From assembly GCF_004010195.1 (NCBI RefSeq), contig NC_057719.1:79745579-79803534 (forward strand): 57,956 nt of DNA, in the 5' to 3' direction. Source of the stretch: Chiloscyllium plagiosum (taxonomy: Eukaryota). Below, piece after piece: positions 47,174 to 57,956 of this stretch; positions within the stretch are counted from its first letter, which is position 1; each line of letters starts with the position of its first letter. The notes beneath the pieces were generated by a model. It had not been told where the DNA came from, made no database searches, and was given only the letters and a program-made list of their open reading frames with translations. The position numbers were made by a program, and so were the translations under genes.

Positions 47174-50100
47174 TTTAAGAGTGATCCAATCAGATAATCG
47201 TTTAATTCCAGAAAGTGACACAGCACAAAGAGGCAGGACGATGGGGCAAGGCTTGTTGAAGGTTTGACTTCACGTACTGAAACCTCTTCACATAAATCCA
47301 ATCAAAGCTGGCAATCCAGCCCCCAGCATGATTTGGATTGAAGCTGCGGAACCAAGAGAAATATTGTAGTCAATATTAAACGCAAGAGGCGTAGAGGTTA
47401 AGGAATCTGCTTCACATGGTTATGAAGACTATTTTAATGGTTAATTCTTGACTGGACTAAAATCCTAGCTTCCCCCAGCACCATATCACCCAATTAGTGA
47501 TCAAGAGCGAGGGAGCTGATGCAAATTATTCCCGGGCTGAATGGCGGAACGCAAGGGGTGAGTGAATATTGTAGCCTTGTTCCTGATCACCTGAGGTTCT
47601 TCAGGGAGTATTTATAACATTCTTTCCGGGCTCATAATGAGGTGAATTCCATGAAAGAGTTCTACTATTTCAGAGGGTGCTTCCTATGGCGACATTGTTA
47701 AAATCTTATTGTTACAGTGGATTCACAGGACTGTGTATTCGGTGTAAACAGAGGACGTAATGGGGTTAACGGATTAATGTCCTCATTATAAAATAAACGT
47801 GTTTAGAATTACCACAAGTGTGTTGTGGCTAATGAAGTACTTTTGAACATGTACTCAGTGCTGCAAAACAGTCATTCATATGCAACAAAGTTTCACCAAC
47901 AATGAACACGTTAGTGAAGGTGTTATATTTTGTCCAATAGCACACTTGGGAAGCACCTTGAGATCTTTGCCTATATAATGGGCACTATGTAATTCTCAGT
48001 GGTTGTTGTTGGTTGAAGGATGAGTGTTTGCCAGGAAAGTGGTTTTACAGTACCTGTAATCAAGATCTTGCAGTTGTATCTGAAACTATAGCATGAGGTG
48101 AATTTGGATTGTACAGTGAATCTCCTTCCGTTCATGATTGTAGCTGAGCTTCTAAGGATCCTTTGAATTCTACATTGTAAAACTGAACGGCATACCTCCA
48201 CCAGCTCCACGCCAACCCCCCCCCCCCGCCCCATGTTTCACAATAGTGGCCCGAGCTCGTATTACACCCATGATTACTCAGGTGAACAACACGATAATAT
48301 AAGAATCTATCTCAGAGATTCACACCAGGACCCTGAGATATATTTGTACAGTCAGATAGCAGTGCTTTTCCTTCCAGGATGCTAGGTTGGTTGTGTAGTA
48401 CCCATGTGACCACATGGACCTCAGAAGCACATGTATCCTGGCTATAGCACACAAATAAGGGGCCTGTATAGGCTGGCAGGCCATACGCCAGGGTTGAATG
48501 CTGGTAAGAAGACTTGGGTAATAGAAGACCTAAATTATAAGGAAACCTTCTCCCCCCACCCCCCAACTTTGCTAATATGGGGAATTGATTACTTTCACTC
48601 TTCGCTGCTTTATTATTTTTGCTTACGAAAAGCCATTTTTGAAAAGTCCACACAAACATTTTGTATTCCTGTTTCATCAACTTTCTCTTCAACAACTCAT
48701 GAAAATAAAGGGAACAGAAAAACAAATTGGACAAATAGTACGGGACGACTAGTTCAGGGCCGAGATGAATGGATTTCTGGATAGTAAAGGACCGTGCAGA
48801 AACATTACATTGAGGTAGAAGATCAGCCATGATTTGGTTCAAAGGTGGAGCAGGCTGAAGGGGCTGAATGGCCTACTCTTGCTTCCTATGATTCCTTGGT
48901 AATGTTTTGTATGGACCAGCCAGAACTCTTTCACGGCTGCTATCTTGTCTTCCTGCGCTCCTAAAGAATCTTAAAGGGGAGCTTCCAATCAGCTGCATAT
49001 GAGAATCACCCAACTCAAAATTCATCATTCACAGGAATACCTTTGGTCCTGTGAGGAACAAAGCCGTTTTAAGCATCAATTTTTAAGTTCATATCTGCAG
49101 ATTGTGTGAAGCAAGCACTTGTGGAACTGACCTCTCAAGTCTGGAGAGAACCACAATCATTCATAACATACAGGTCCAGCTTTCAACTCGAGGTGGATAA
49201 GTCTATGTTGTTCATTGTGGGAGTCGGGTGTTGGTACAGGACAGGAGAGAGTGTTTAACTCTCGAGAACATATGTACCTTCAAGGTTCACGGAATTCATT
49301 GGTCACAGAAGCAGACAAGCTTGAAACCCGCAAAGCATTAAATCCTGCTTTACAATTACATTTCTTTCAAAAGGGCAAGGAGGTTAATGAAAAACAATTT
49401 CAGCAAAAAGACAGAACAAAAACTATACAACACAAAAATGACATTCCAGTGCGTGTTTTCATTTTCCTGTCCCTCTATCTCTGTTCCCCAACCTAACGTT
49501 ACAGTCAGAGGCTTCCTCATATGTTAAGGAGAGAGCTGTGTCTCATCAAAACCTTCAAGAGAAACATTGTGATGGAAGAGTCAGCACCTTTGTCGCTCAA
49601 AGATCACATACAAAAGATCCCCGCACGTTGCAGAAGGGACTGGCTGTGGAAGATCCTGCTTTTTGCACATTGTATGTTGGTCATTGCTGTGGACTACAGG
49701 TTGACCCTTCAGAAACATCCTACAGCCAACTGTTCTTCTACAACTGCCAGTTTGGAGATCCACACAATGACGGGCAGATGTCTTGCCTAACACAGAGTTA
49801 AACTATGCAGAGCAGAAAAAGTGTGGTCTCATCTTCCTCTAAGATAGACTGGGATAATTTATAGCTGACTACTATCCAGCTCTTCAAAATGAATTGCCCC
49901 CAGTTCATAATCTCCCTTAAAGTTTACCAATGAGGAATGTCCATTCTAATGAAGAACCAGTTTTGGTCTGATGAAACTCCGAACCTGGCCTGAGAAGGCA
50001 CGGGCGATATTTTCTTTGTATGTGACCTTTAAACTCATCTTGATTGGTATGTGTTTTAGATGCAATGTTTGTTTTTAAGCCTATGTACATTATCAGTCAC

Positions 50101-53100
50101 AATCGAAACACTGTCAAGTAGATGCAGCAATGGTTTACCCTCCCCAGCCACTCCCCACCTCCCCACCCCACCTCCCACCGCTCCCCTCCCCTTCCCTCCC
50201 AAACAACACAACCGATTACAATTCACCTGAGAGAGGTCTGAATAAGGTGCACTTCCGTGCTGAGGACTTACAGACAACGTGAGTGGGCCTGGGGACTGTC
50301 TTTCAGAGACAACCCAGTCTGTATGAGCTAACCTCAGGCTAGCCACTGACCAACAGCCTTTAAGCAGTCGATGTGCAAGTAGTTTGATCAAGAAACTCTG
50401 ACATGGAAGAGGAGATTTGCCAAGACGTACAACAACAAAATAAAACGTGACAAACCAGGAACTCCTAAAGCTGCAGGCATCTCACAGTGAAACTGAAATA
50501 GCCTACTGCTCACTTAAAGTTAACCCTAAAACCATGCTGGCTTTGAGACTTGACAGTGATACTCATATCTTCATAGCTCTGGAGGAGGTCATGGGGCGCT
50601 TTGTTTGATTTGCACTCCCTTCATGCAAGAAATTAAGAGTTTGCCAATACCCGTGGAGCAGGGAGGCTTCTCCAGGAGAGACATGACTTTGGTTTGGTTT
50701 CTGCTGTTTGGAGACTGATGAACAAACCTTGCCTCTCACCTTCCTTCTTCCTTAACCAATCCAAACAGAGTCCGGATGAAAGTGAGTTGTTGAGATCCTA
50801 CTGTACTCTTCTGTCATGACATTGAGTAACATAACTCCCAAAGGACCAGGCAAGTGGAGGGTCTGCTACAATCGACAATATTGACTTTCAGAAACCCAGT
50901 AGTAAAACCCTATCTCCCAAAAGTAGACTGCATGTGATCTGATGCTTCTTCTTTGAAGACAGTAATTTTCCATACATTCATAGGGCAAGGAATCTCAATG
51001 TCCTTCCTCAAAAAGGTTCATCATTCAGATCTCCATAACGAACAGGAAGTAGAGTGTAGAAGGGACTGGAAGTCTTAGATGGTAGCATCACAGCACCCGA
51101 CAAAGGAAGCTCCCCATCACAGCAAGCAGTTATGACCATGACATGAGAGAGGAGGCATTGCTTGTTCAGCCTATAATTGTCACGCTTGCATTATGATAGT
51201 GACTAGTTCTTCCCCCATCCCAACCCTGGGCACCACTCCTTCTCCTAAGGTGCCAGTTTCAGCAAGTGTTCAAATTGGCCTGTTCCATCTGAGCTGGCCC
51301 AGCCAATCCAATGAAACACAAAGACATTGCACACTAGAAAAACTAGACAAGACCAGTAATACACAAAATAAATTATACAGAATAAATTACAGAAATGTAA
51401 GGGAGCTCCCTCACGCCTTTCACAAGGTTGATGTAGGCAGTCTGCAATGAGTTATCTTGTGCAGTTCCGTATCAGTTGTCCATTCTTGAGGCAGTCTTTC
51501 TATGTTAGCTGGCTCAGCGTTCAAAGATTGCAGGAAACATTTTTTTTGTAAAAAGGCTGCACCACAAAACATGGTGTGATGGTAAAAGTACGAGTGTGTG
51601 TATAGCTTCCCACTTCTCCTGAGCAAATGTTGCAGCTCTTGACTCAGCGTCGAAGAAGGCTCCATGGGACCACTTGTTATCTTCTATTGCTGGGACGATT
51701 TTTAAGGTGAAACCATAAAACGATTCACTTAAAGGATAATCCCGTATCTGCACATATGAGCACACGTGTGTATGTCCATCAACATCTGTTGAGGCACAAT
51801 ATCTGTTCCGTTGTTGCTATATCCACGCACATTGCTTTTCCCGTCTAAATCCTCAATGCATTGCCAACAAACCTTATTGCACAGTCTTACTCATTCTACT
51901 ATAGAACTTCAACACTGTGGAACTCTTTATCCCCATTCAGTCTTCCTCATTCTTGTAATTTTAAAAACTATGCCTGGTGTGGGTACAAAAGCATGAGGTT
52001 AGAATGATTACAGCACAGGAAGCCCATCCAGACTGTCATGTCCACACCGGGTCTCTACAAGAGCAATTCATGGAATGTCACACTCACTTGATTTTACGGT
52101 TATCTCGCTAAACCAGTAATGCAGAGGCCTGACAACTGTTCTGGTGGGCAAAAGTTCAAATCCTGCCAAGGCAGCTGGGGAGCTTGAAATCAATAAATTA
52201 AACAAAATCGGGAATTGAAAAACTGGTAATGACAATCATGGAACCACTGGATTGTCAGGAAAAAAATCTCAGCCAGTTCTTGAGGAAGGAAATCTGCTGT
52301 GCCTACCCATTCTACCAGAATCCTTGAGTTTCCATGAAATACGGGCTAATCTCCAATACATCATTACTTGCCTGTCTGACAGAAATTCTTGAGATCATTT
52401 AAAAAAAAAAGCTTGTGTTTCTCTTAGTTATAAAAATTGGCTTTCCAATTTGGGTTGGGAAAGCGGGCAATGATGATGAGTCTCAAGCCTGAGGGCCAAT
52501 AGCCTAGGGGGAAGAACCATTGTCATGTGATAGTACTTTCCCATCCAAAGGGACTGAGAATATTTAAATCTTCTTTTTGAACACAGCCAGCCTTTGACTT
52601 GTCCCAGGCAGATCAATTAAATACATCCCTTTACATACGCTTTGTTAAATTCATAATATAAGTTCAAATTCATGTTGAAGGGCAGACCAAACAGAATGCT
52701 TCATGCCTGGACACGAGTCTTACCAACACTCAATATTTTACTTAATGATTTAATAGGTGTTGTGACACCTTGGACAATCCGCATATTCAAGCAATAGTGT
52801 AAAACAGTAAATCTTTTACAAATTTGTAAACATTTTTCAATGGGGTGACCTCCATTTCACACTGGTGCCATGAAATGCAGCGAATCCAAAGGAGCAGTAT
52901 CTTGGCATTGCCTTGGCAACCCAGTCTTCAGCTCACTGCATCATGGGATTGCCTGCTTTCCCTTGCAGCCTGTTATCTCTGAGCTACCTCCTTTCTTCCA
53001 AAAGGAAAGGAACACACTGCATATTCCTCAATGTAAAACCAAGGGGGAAAACAATCAGAAAATAACCTCAAGGCTTTTGGTCTATTCTGTAGGACGGACA

Positions 53101-53529
53101 TTGTTTAGAATGGCAACGTGGTTGACTCTTCACTGCCCTCTGAAAATTGTATCCAGTAAGCCATTCAATTCAAGGTCAATGAAGGATGGGCAATAAGTGC
53201 TGACCCAGCCAGCAACACCCACATTTCATGAACAAACTTCCAAAAAAAAAATCACTCATTTCTTTAGGCCACCACATCAGTCAATGAGATCTTTGCTAAG
53301 GTGGACCCTAGCACAAATTTTACTATTTAAATTCCTTCGACATAACACCAAGTGCGAGCAGCGAGTTGTGCAACAGTCAGCAGCCACCCCAGTACTCCAG
53401 GTCCAACAGTCAATCTCAATAAATCACTTTGCTCACGGTGAAAGGTAATTCAAAAAAATGTTGCCAAGGCTTTCTTTATCTTTTAACAACCAACACAGTT
53501 CCAGGTTAGATGTACTGGAGGGGACTGGC

Positions 53530-53716
53530 AGGGCTAAATTGCAATAGTGTTCAGGGATGTGCAGGCTGGGTGGATTTGCCATGGGGAAATGTAGTATAAC
53601 AGAGATAGTATGGGGGGGGGGGGGGTGGTGGGTCGTCTGGGTGTGATACTCTTTTGAGGGTCGGTGTGGATTCGTTGGGCTGAATAGCCTGCTTCCACAC
53701 TGTAGGGATTCAATGA
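53530..53716 (+). mobile_element. HE1 SINE 3' half
   Basis: gctaaattgc..tagtgttcagggatgtgcagg..gggtcggtgtgga..ttccacactgtagggattcaatga. Confidence 0.75.
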
Positions 53717-53789
53717 ATAGGTGAGTTATCTTCTGAGGAAAGATAAGACAGGCTGGGCCTGTACCCATTGCTGTTTGGCACAGCCTAAG

Positions 53790-54150
53790 GCAAACTGATT
53801 GAAACACACAAGATGCTTAGCAGTCTTGACAGGGTGGGCCTGGAAAGGTAGCACTGAGTAAGCTTGTGGCTGATGGAGGGTTGCTGGTAAATAAATAGGG
53901 TCTTGTCCAATTAAGATAGAGACGAGGAGAATTTTTTTTTGTCCTTCCCTAGTTCTTTGAAACCCTCTTTCTGCAAAGGGATTGGAAACTGAGTCTTTGA
54001 ATATCTTCAAGGCAGAGGAATTAGATTAATGTTGAACAAAGGTTACTGGGGGTAAAAGTGGGGATGGGGAGTAACCATCCACCATCTCATTGGAAAGTGG
54101 GGCAGCATTGGGGAGCTGAGTGGCCTACTCCTTTTCCTAATTCACATGTT
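53790..54150 (+). mobile_element. Old CR1 3' fragment
   Basis: cttgacagggtg; gacgaggagaattttt; gctgagtggcctactcct tail. Confidence 0.65.
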
Positions 54151-54164
54151 TGAATTCAACAGCA

Positions 54165-54545
54165 GTTGTCCAGGGATACCAGTTTCTTAAACAAGGAAGA
54201 GGGAGAAAGGTCGATGGAGAGAGACGAATTAAAAATGAAGAAGGAAGACCAAGACAAACCGGTGGTAAAGTCAGCAAGTGCTCAGAATGAGGGAGAATGC
54301 AGGGGAGAAGGGAAGGGAAGAAAAGAGAGAGAGAAACGCATAAGTAACAAATGCAGGAGAAAGAAATTTATGGGGCGGGAGCAGAACACAGGCCAGGCTA
54401 GCAAGGAATGGACAGAGGGTGTGAGATTGAGTGAGACGTGATGAGAGAGTTGAAAACTAGGGAAAGGGGAAGGAGTGGAGAGGGGCAAGAGGAGAACTAA
54501 CACTGGGACAAAGAACGATGGAGAAAGAGTGAGCATGAGGGAGCG
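54165..54545. repeat. Purine-rich (GA) low-complexity tract
   Basis: Strong A/G skew on the + strand. Confidence 0.7.
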
Positions 54546-57040
54546 TGAGTTGAGCGCTATTGCGTGTAGAATTAATTGTGCCTGGCAGGCTTCACTGACA
54601 AGGAAGCAGCTCAGAGCTAATGCTTCCTGCTGTGCCAGCCCAGGCTCTGACTAATTAAAATAGTTGGAGCCTTTCATTAGATTTGACTTAGTCTTCTTTC
54701 ACTAATAAAACCTTTTGATTTACTTGAACAACAATTGAAAATTGTTTTGAATATAACAGAGAGGGGAGCCTCACCACAGCAGGATTTGTCTGTACCTGAA
54801 CCGAGGCCAGTATAATTACACCAAGTTTAGCTCTAATATCCATCCAGCAGTTAATTAATGTTTGATTCAAGGCTCTTTAATCTCCTGAGTCGAGTATGAT
54901 GTAACAGCCTGCTTCTCAACTGGGTCACAGGTGAAGGGTGACAGGTCACATATCAGCAGATAAACATGTGCAGGTTAAGGAACTGGTAATGTTGGTGGGC
55001 GTTTAAAACAAAAATACACACCAACCTGATGTTGTGTGACTTCTGACACAGGTGGTACTGCAGTTAACATGCGACATCATGGTAACAATTTGTCAACCAC
55101 ACTTTCCTTTATAAAAACCCCAACTTTCTTCCAACTGCTGACCCCACCCCCTCCCGATTTTCCCCAGTGTTGTGATGTGAGGTGGGAGATGCAATGCGAA
55201 TTATCAAGGAAAGGTGAACAAGGTTTAAAGGGGCACGAGTTGGGATTTCAGAAGTGCTCTCAGAAACTTTGCGCCGGGGGTAGGAAAATTTGCTCCGAAA
55301 CAAGGAAAAGGGTCAGAAACAGCATTCTGTGGTAGGCAGCCAACTCGCATTCGTCACCTGCGACCACATTGTGTCCCAGTGCCAATCCCAATTCGGTGAT
55401 GGGCAGCTGGGTCTGCTAGGAGTCCTTCAGGACAGAAACCTCCTCTTTAAAATCTGGGATATCTATTAGGAATAGCTTCCAGATTATCAACTTGGCCTTT
55501 TTGCAGAAGTGATCACAATGAGGGATAGGAACTTCCCATGATGCATCTGCTCAAACCAACAAGGACCAGGGAGTGCAGGCCATACTGGAAATTCTGATCA
55601 TTCCACTAGATTATTTGTTTGTGGGGATGGGGCACTTTAGACCTTGTGACACTTGTAATCTCTTCCCTACACCCAATGGCACAGTGAGCACTACTTGGCA
55701 GTCATAACCCAACCTCTGATCAATCTGTAATGGAGAAAGCCTGGCTTAAGCTCCAGGAATCTCAGATCACCACAGGTATCGTAGAAAAGACAGCCCTCAA
55801 AACCTCTGGAGGAGGGCGGGTGGGAGAAGTTGGCCATGTCTTAGTGGCTCTGAAGGAGCAACAGCTCTTTGAGATAATACTCTTTGTACAGTTGGGTGTT
55901 TGAGGGTGTGTGTGTGTGTCTAAGTGAACAGTCCAAGACCTTTAGCAGGGAGAAAGGCAGGCACAGATAAAGAACAGCTCCTGCTGAAGGATTTGGATGC
56001 AGAGTGGTTCAGCTTGAATCAGACCCTTCCCTCAGAAAAGCCCAGGAGGTTGGTGGAGCAGTGACGAGGATGAGGTCTAACGGAGATTTCCCATCTAATG
56101 TGGGCTTCTGACTTAGTGAAAAGGGAGAGCGTCGATAAGCAGAGGAATCAGATAATTGGTAAAATAGAGAGAGAGAAATAGGGAGAAAGTCTTTGACAAA
56201 GTGTGACGTTGCAACATGAAATGCGCAGCCTGCAAAGGAGTTGGAAGCAGATTCAACAGTAGCTATTCAAGGGGAACTGGAAAAGGAGAAAAAAAACCTG
56301 GAAGGCTTCAGGAAAGAGCATGGGGGAGCCCTTTGGAAGACAGGGGTAGACATGAGCTCTATGTGCTGAATGGTCTCATTCTGTGCTGTATGATTTCGAT
56401 TGAATTCATCCAGGTCAGAGGAGATTGAATGGCTGGGGATGGGTTCACAGTTTCAGACTCAACCGTTTCTATGGAGACGCCTCTGTGCTCTTTTTTTTGT
56501 TTTTTTTTCTCTTCCCACCTCTGCCCCCTCCCCCCACCCCACCACATAAGAAGTGACTCGCCTACACAACCCTGCAATATCCTTCATTTTTATCCGAAAT
56601 TATAACTGCCTTCCAAAAGGGGGAAGGAGACCAGTGAGAAATGGAGCCCCAAGCCTTAGTTTGGGCTGAGGTGGGGCATGCCAGGGAGAACCATCCTCCA
56701 AGGATGGAGTGCCGATTACCCTGCTGACAAGTCTCTGAATCCCAGAAGTGGTCAGCATGCCCGACCCGTAAACAAACCATTGGCAAACAGAGCTTTCAGC
56801 AGGACTGTAGGAACTCGAGAGTGGTCTCTGCACATGGGCGGACACAGAAACGTCAAGACACATCCAACTTAGCCCTACAAGGGAGAAGCAATCTAGTTCT
56901 CAGAGAGGTCACTTGGTTATTGGGGGGAAACGGAGGGGTTAAAATACATGGTAAACATGTAAAGGGATAACCAGTGTTGAGAATCCAGTGCTGCACTCAA
57001 CTACAAAAGACTCTTTGAGACGGCGTCAATGATTGGGAAG

Positions 57041-57137
57041 AGTTCTGATGAAGAGTCGCCAGACTCGAAGCGTTGATTCTGCTCTCTCTCCACAGATGCT
57101 GCCAGACCAGCTGAGTTTCTCCAGCAATTTCTGTTTC
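57041..57137 (+). mobile_element. PLE-type 3' fragment with degenerate hammerhead motif
   Basis: agtt-CTGATGA-a-gagtc gcca gactc-GAAG-cgtt-gatt then tctctccacagatgctgccagaccagctgagtttctccagc; homologous to the rc of 19700-19800. Confidence 0.7.
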
Positions 57138-57248
57138 AGTCTTCTTTCCTTTGTTCTTCTTGCTGCTGCGCCTGTATGACGTTCATGACTGCGTACAAAA
57201 GAAGTAGAACCCATTCTCTGTGGAGTTAAGTGATTTGTCAGAGCTCAC

Positions 57249-57323
57249 CAGCATTGGGAAGAGGATCCATTAGTAGCAGTGGTGAGCACGTGATAGTCAA
57301 CAGCAAGCTTCCAGTGGACGTCA
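57249..57323 (-). other. Candidate 75-bp exon (coding status unknown)
   Basis: Acceptor ttgttttccag, donor ctg|gtgagc; open in two frames. Confidence 0.4.
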
Positions 57324-57493
57324 CTGGAAAACAATGCGCCATTTCCACTTTGGATAAAACAAAAATGTGACACCATCCGACCAGCAGAATGTACCTTCAC
57401 ACGCGTGCTTTTGTCCCCTTGTTCAGTGCCATCCACAGTACCCTCTGATGTCTGGCTGCAGAGTGGAGGGCTGACATGCAGGGTGGGCCTCAC

Positions 57494-57603
57494 CTTTGCC
57501 CTGCCGCCTCCGCATTCTCTTCCAGGTCAAAGATCAAAGTGAAGAGGACGAAGAGAAGTCGCCACCACAAGGGCTGGTCCACACGGTTTTCATTTCTGTT
57601 CCG
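57494..57603 (-). other. Candidate 110-bp exon (coding status unknown)
   Basis: Strong acceptor ttttatttttttcttccacag and donor aag|gtgagg; one open frame, RNRNENRVDQPLWWRLLFVLFTLIFDLEENAEAAGQ. Confidence 0.45.
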
Positions 57604-57764
57604 CTGTGGAAGAAAAAAATAAAATCCATCATGAGATGGGGGAAAGCCCTGGTAACATATAGAAGCAGAGTTTGTTTTTAAAATGCGAGACAAGACAGTG
57701 GATCAGAGGCATCACTTCACACAGGGGAACAGCTAGTGTTCACTGCTTGCATGGTGGAGTAGGG

Positions 57765-57956
57765 ATAGTGGGTATTAGAAGTGGGGGAAATCGGTGGGTG
57801 TTGGAGGAGGGGAATTGGTGAATATTGGAGGAGTGGGATTGGTGGATATTGGCAGAGGGGGTTTGTTGGTTATTGGAGGAAGGGAATGGGTGAACATTTA
57901 ACAAGGGGAATGGTGAGTATTGGAGGAAGGGGATGGGTATGTATGGGGGGATGGGT
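57765..57956 (+). repeat. Degenerate G-rich ~24-bp tandem repeat running off the window end
   Basis: Units like gaatattggaggaggggaattggt, ~8 copies. Confidence 0.75.

Noticed and set aside
47519..47526. Octamer ATGCAAAT suggesting an snRNA or immunoglobulin promoter
   Set aside because: A single motif with no snRNA body, V segment or recombination signal nearby.
51420..51765. Two overlapping ~80-aa minus-strand ORFs as a last coding exon
   Set aside because: Weak acceptor, no recognisable protein, and UTR-like composition on both sides.
57526..57651. Plus-strand exon reading VKDQSEEDEEKSPPQG
   Set aside because: It overlaps a minus-strand candidate with stronger splice sites and a compatible neighbour exon; not fully excluded.

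Overview
This is eukaryotic genomic DNA, almost certainly from a cartilaginous fish (inferred from HE1/V-SINEs and shark-type CR1 and Penelope repeats), with four N gaps. There are no prokaryotic genes, rRNA, true tRNA or CRISPR. Most of the window is nested retroelement debris: CR1 LINEs (one near full-length at 14.4-18.7 kb), HE1 and Deu-type SINEs, and Penelope-like elements (PLEs). There are two tandem-repeat systems: a 69-bp repeat in two oppositely oriented arrays (0.3-2.6 kb), and a 12.5-kb 30/31-bp minisatellite (20.0-32.5 kb) that produces all the long ORFs in the track. Main observations: (1) the 12.5-kb array lies inside a PLE-derived fold-back insertion bounded by a degenerate 13-bp target-site duplication (TSD) within an old LINE; (2) about nine minimal hammerhead-ribozyme-like motifs and three short TSD-flanked PLE hairpin insertions; (3) phase-compatible minus-strand candidate exons at 39.5-41.7 kb that would encode a small signal-peptide-bearing Cys-rich protein; (4) a minus-strand 3' UTR-like end near 45.9 kb and candidate exons at 57.2-57.6 kb. 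No host gene could be named. Repeat boundaries were read by eye and are approximate.
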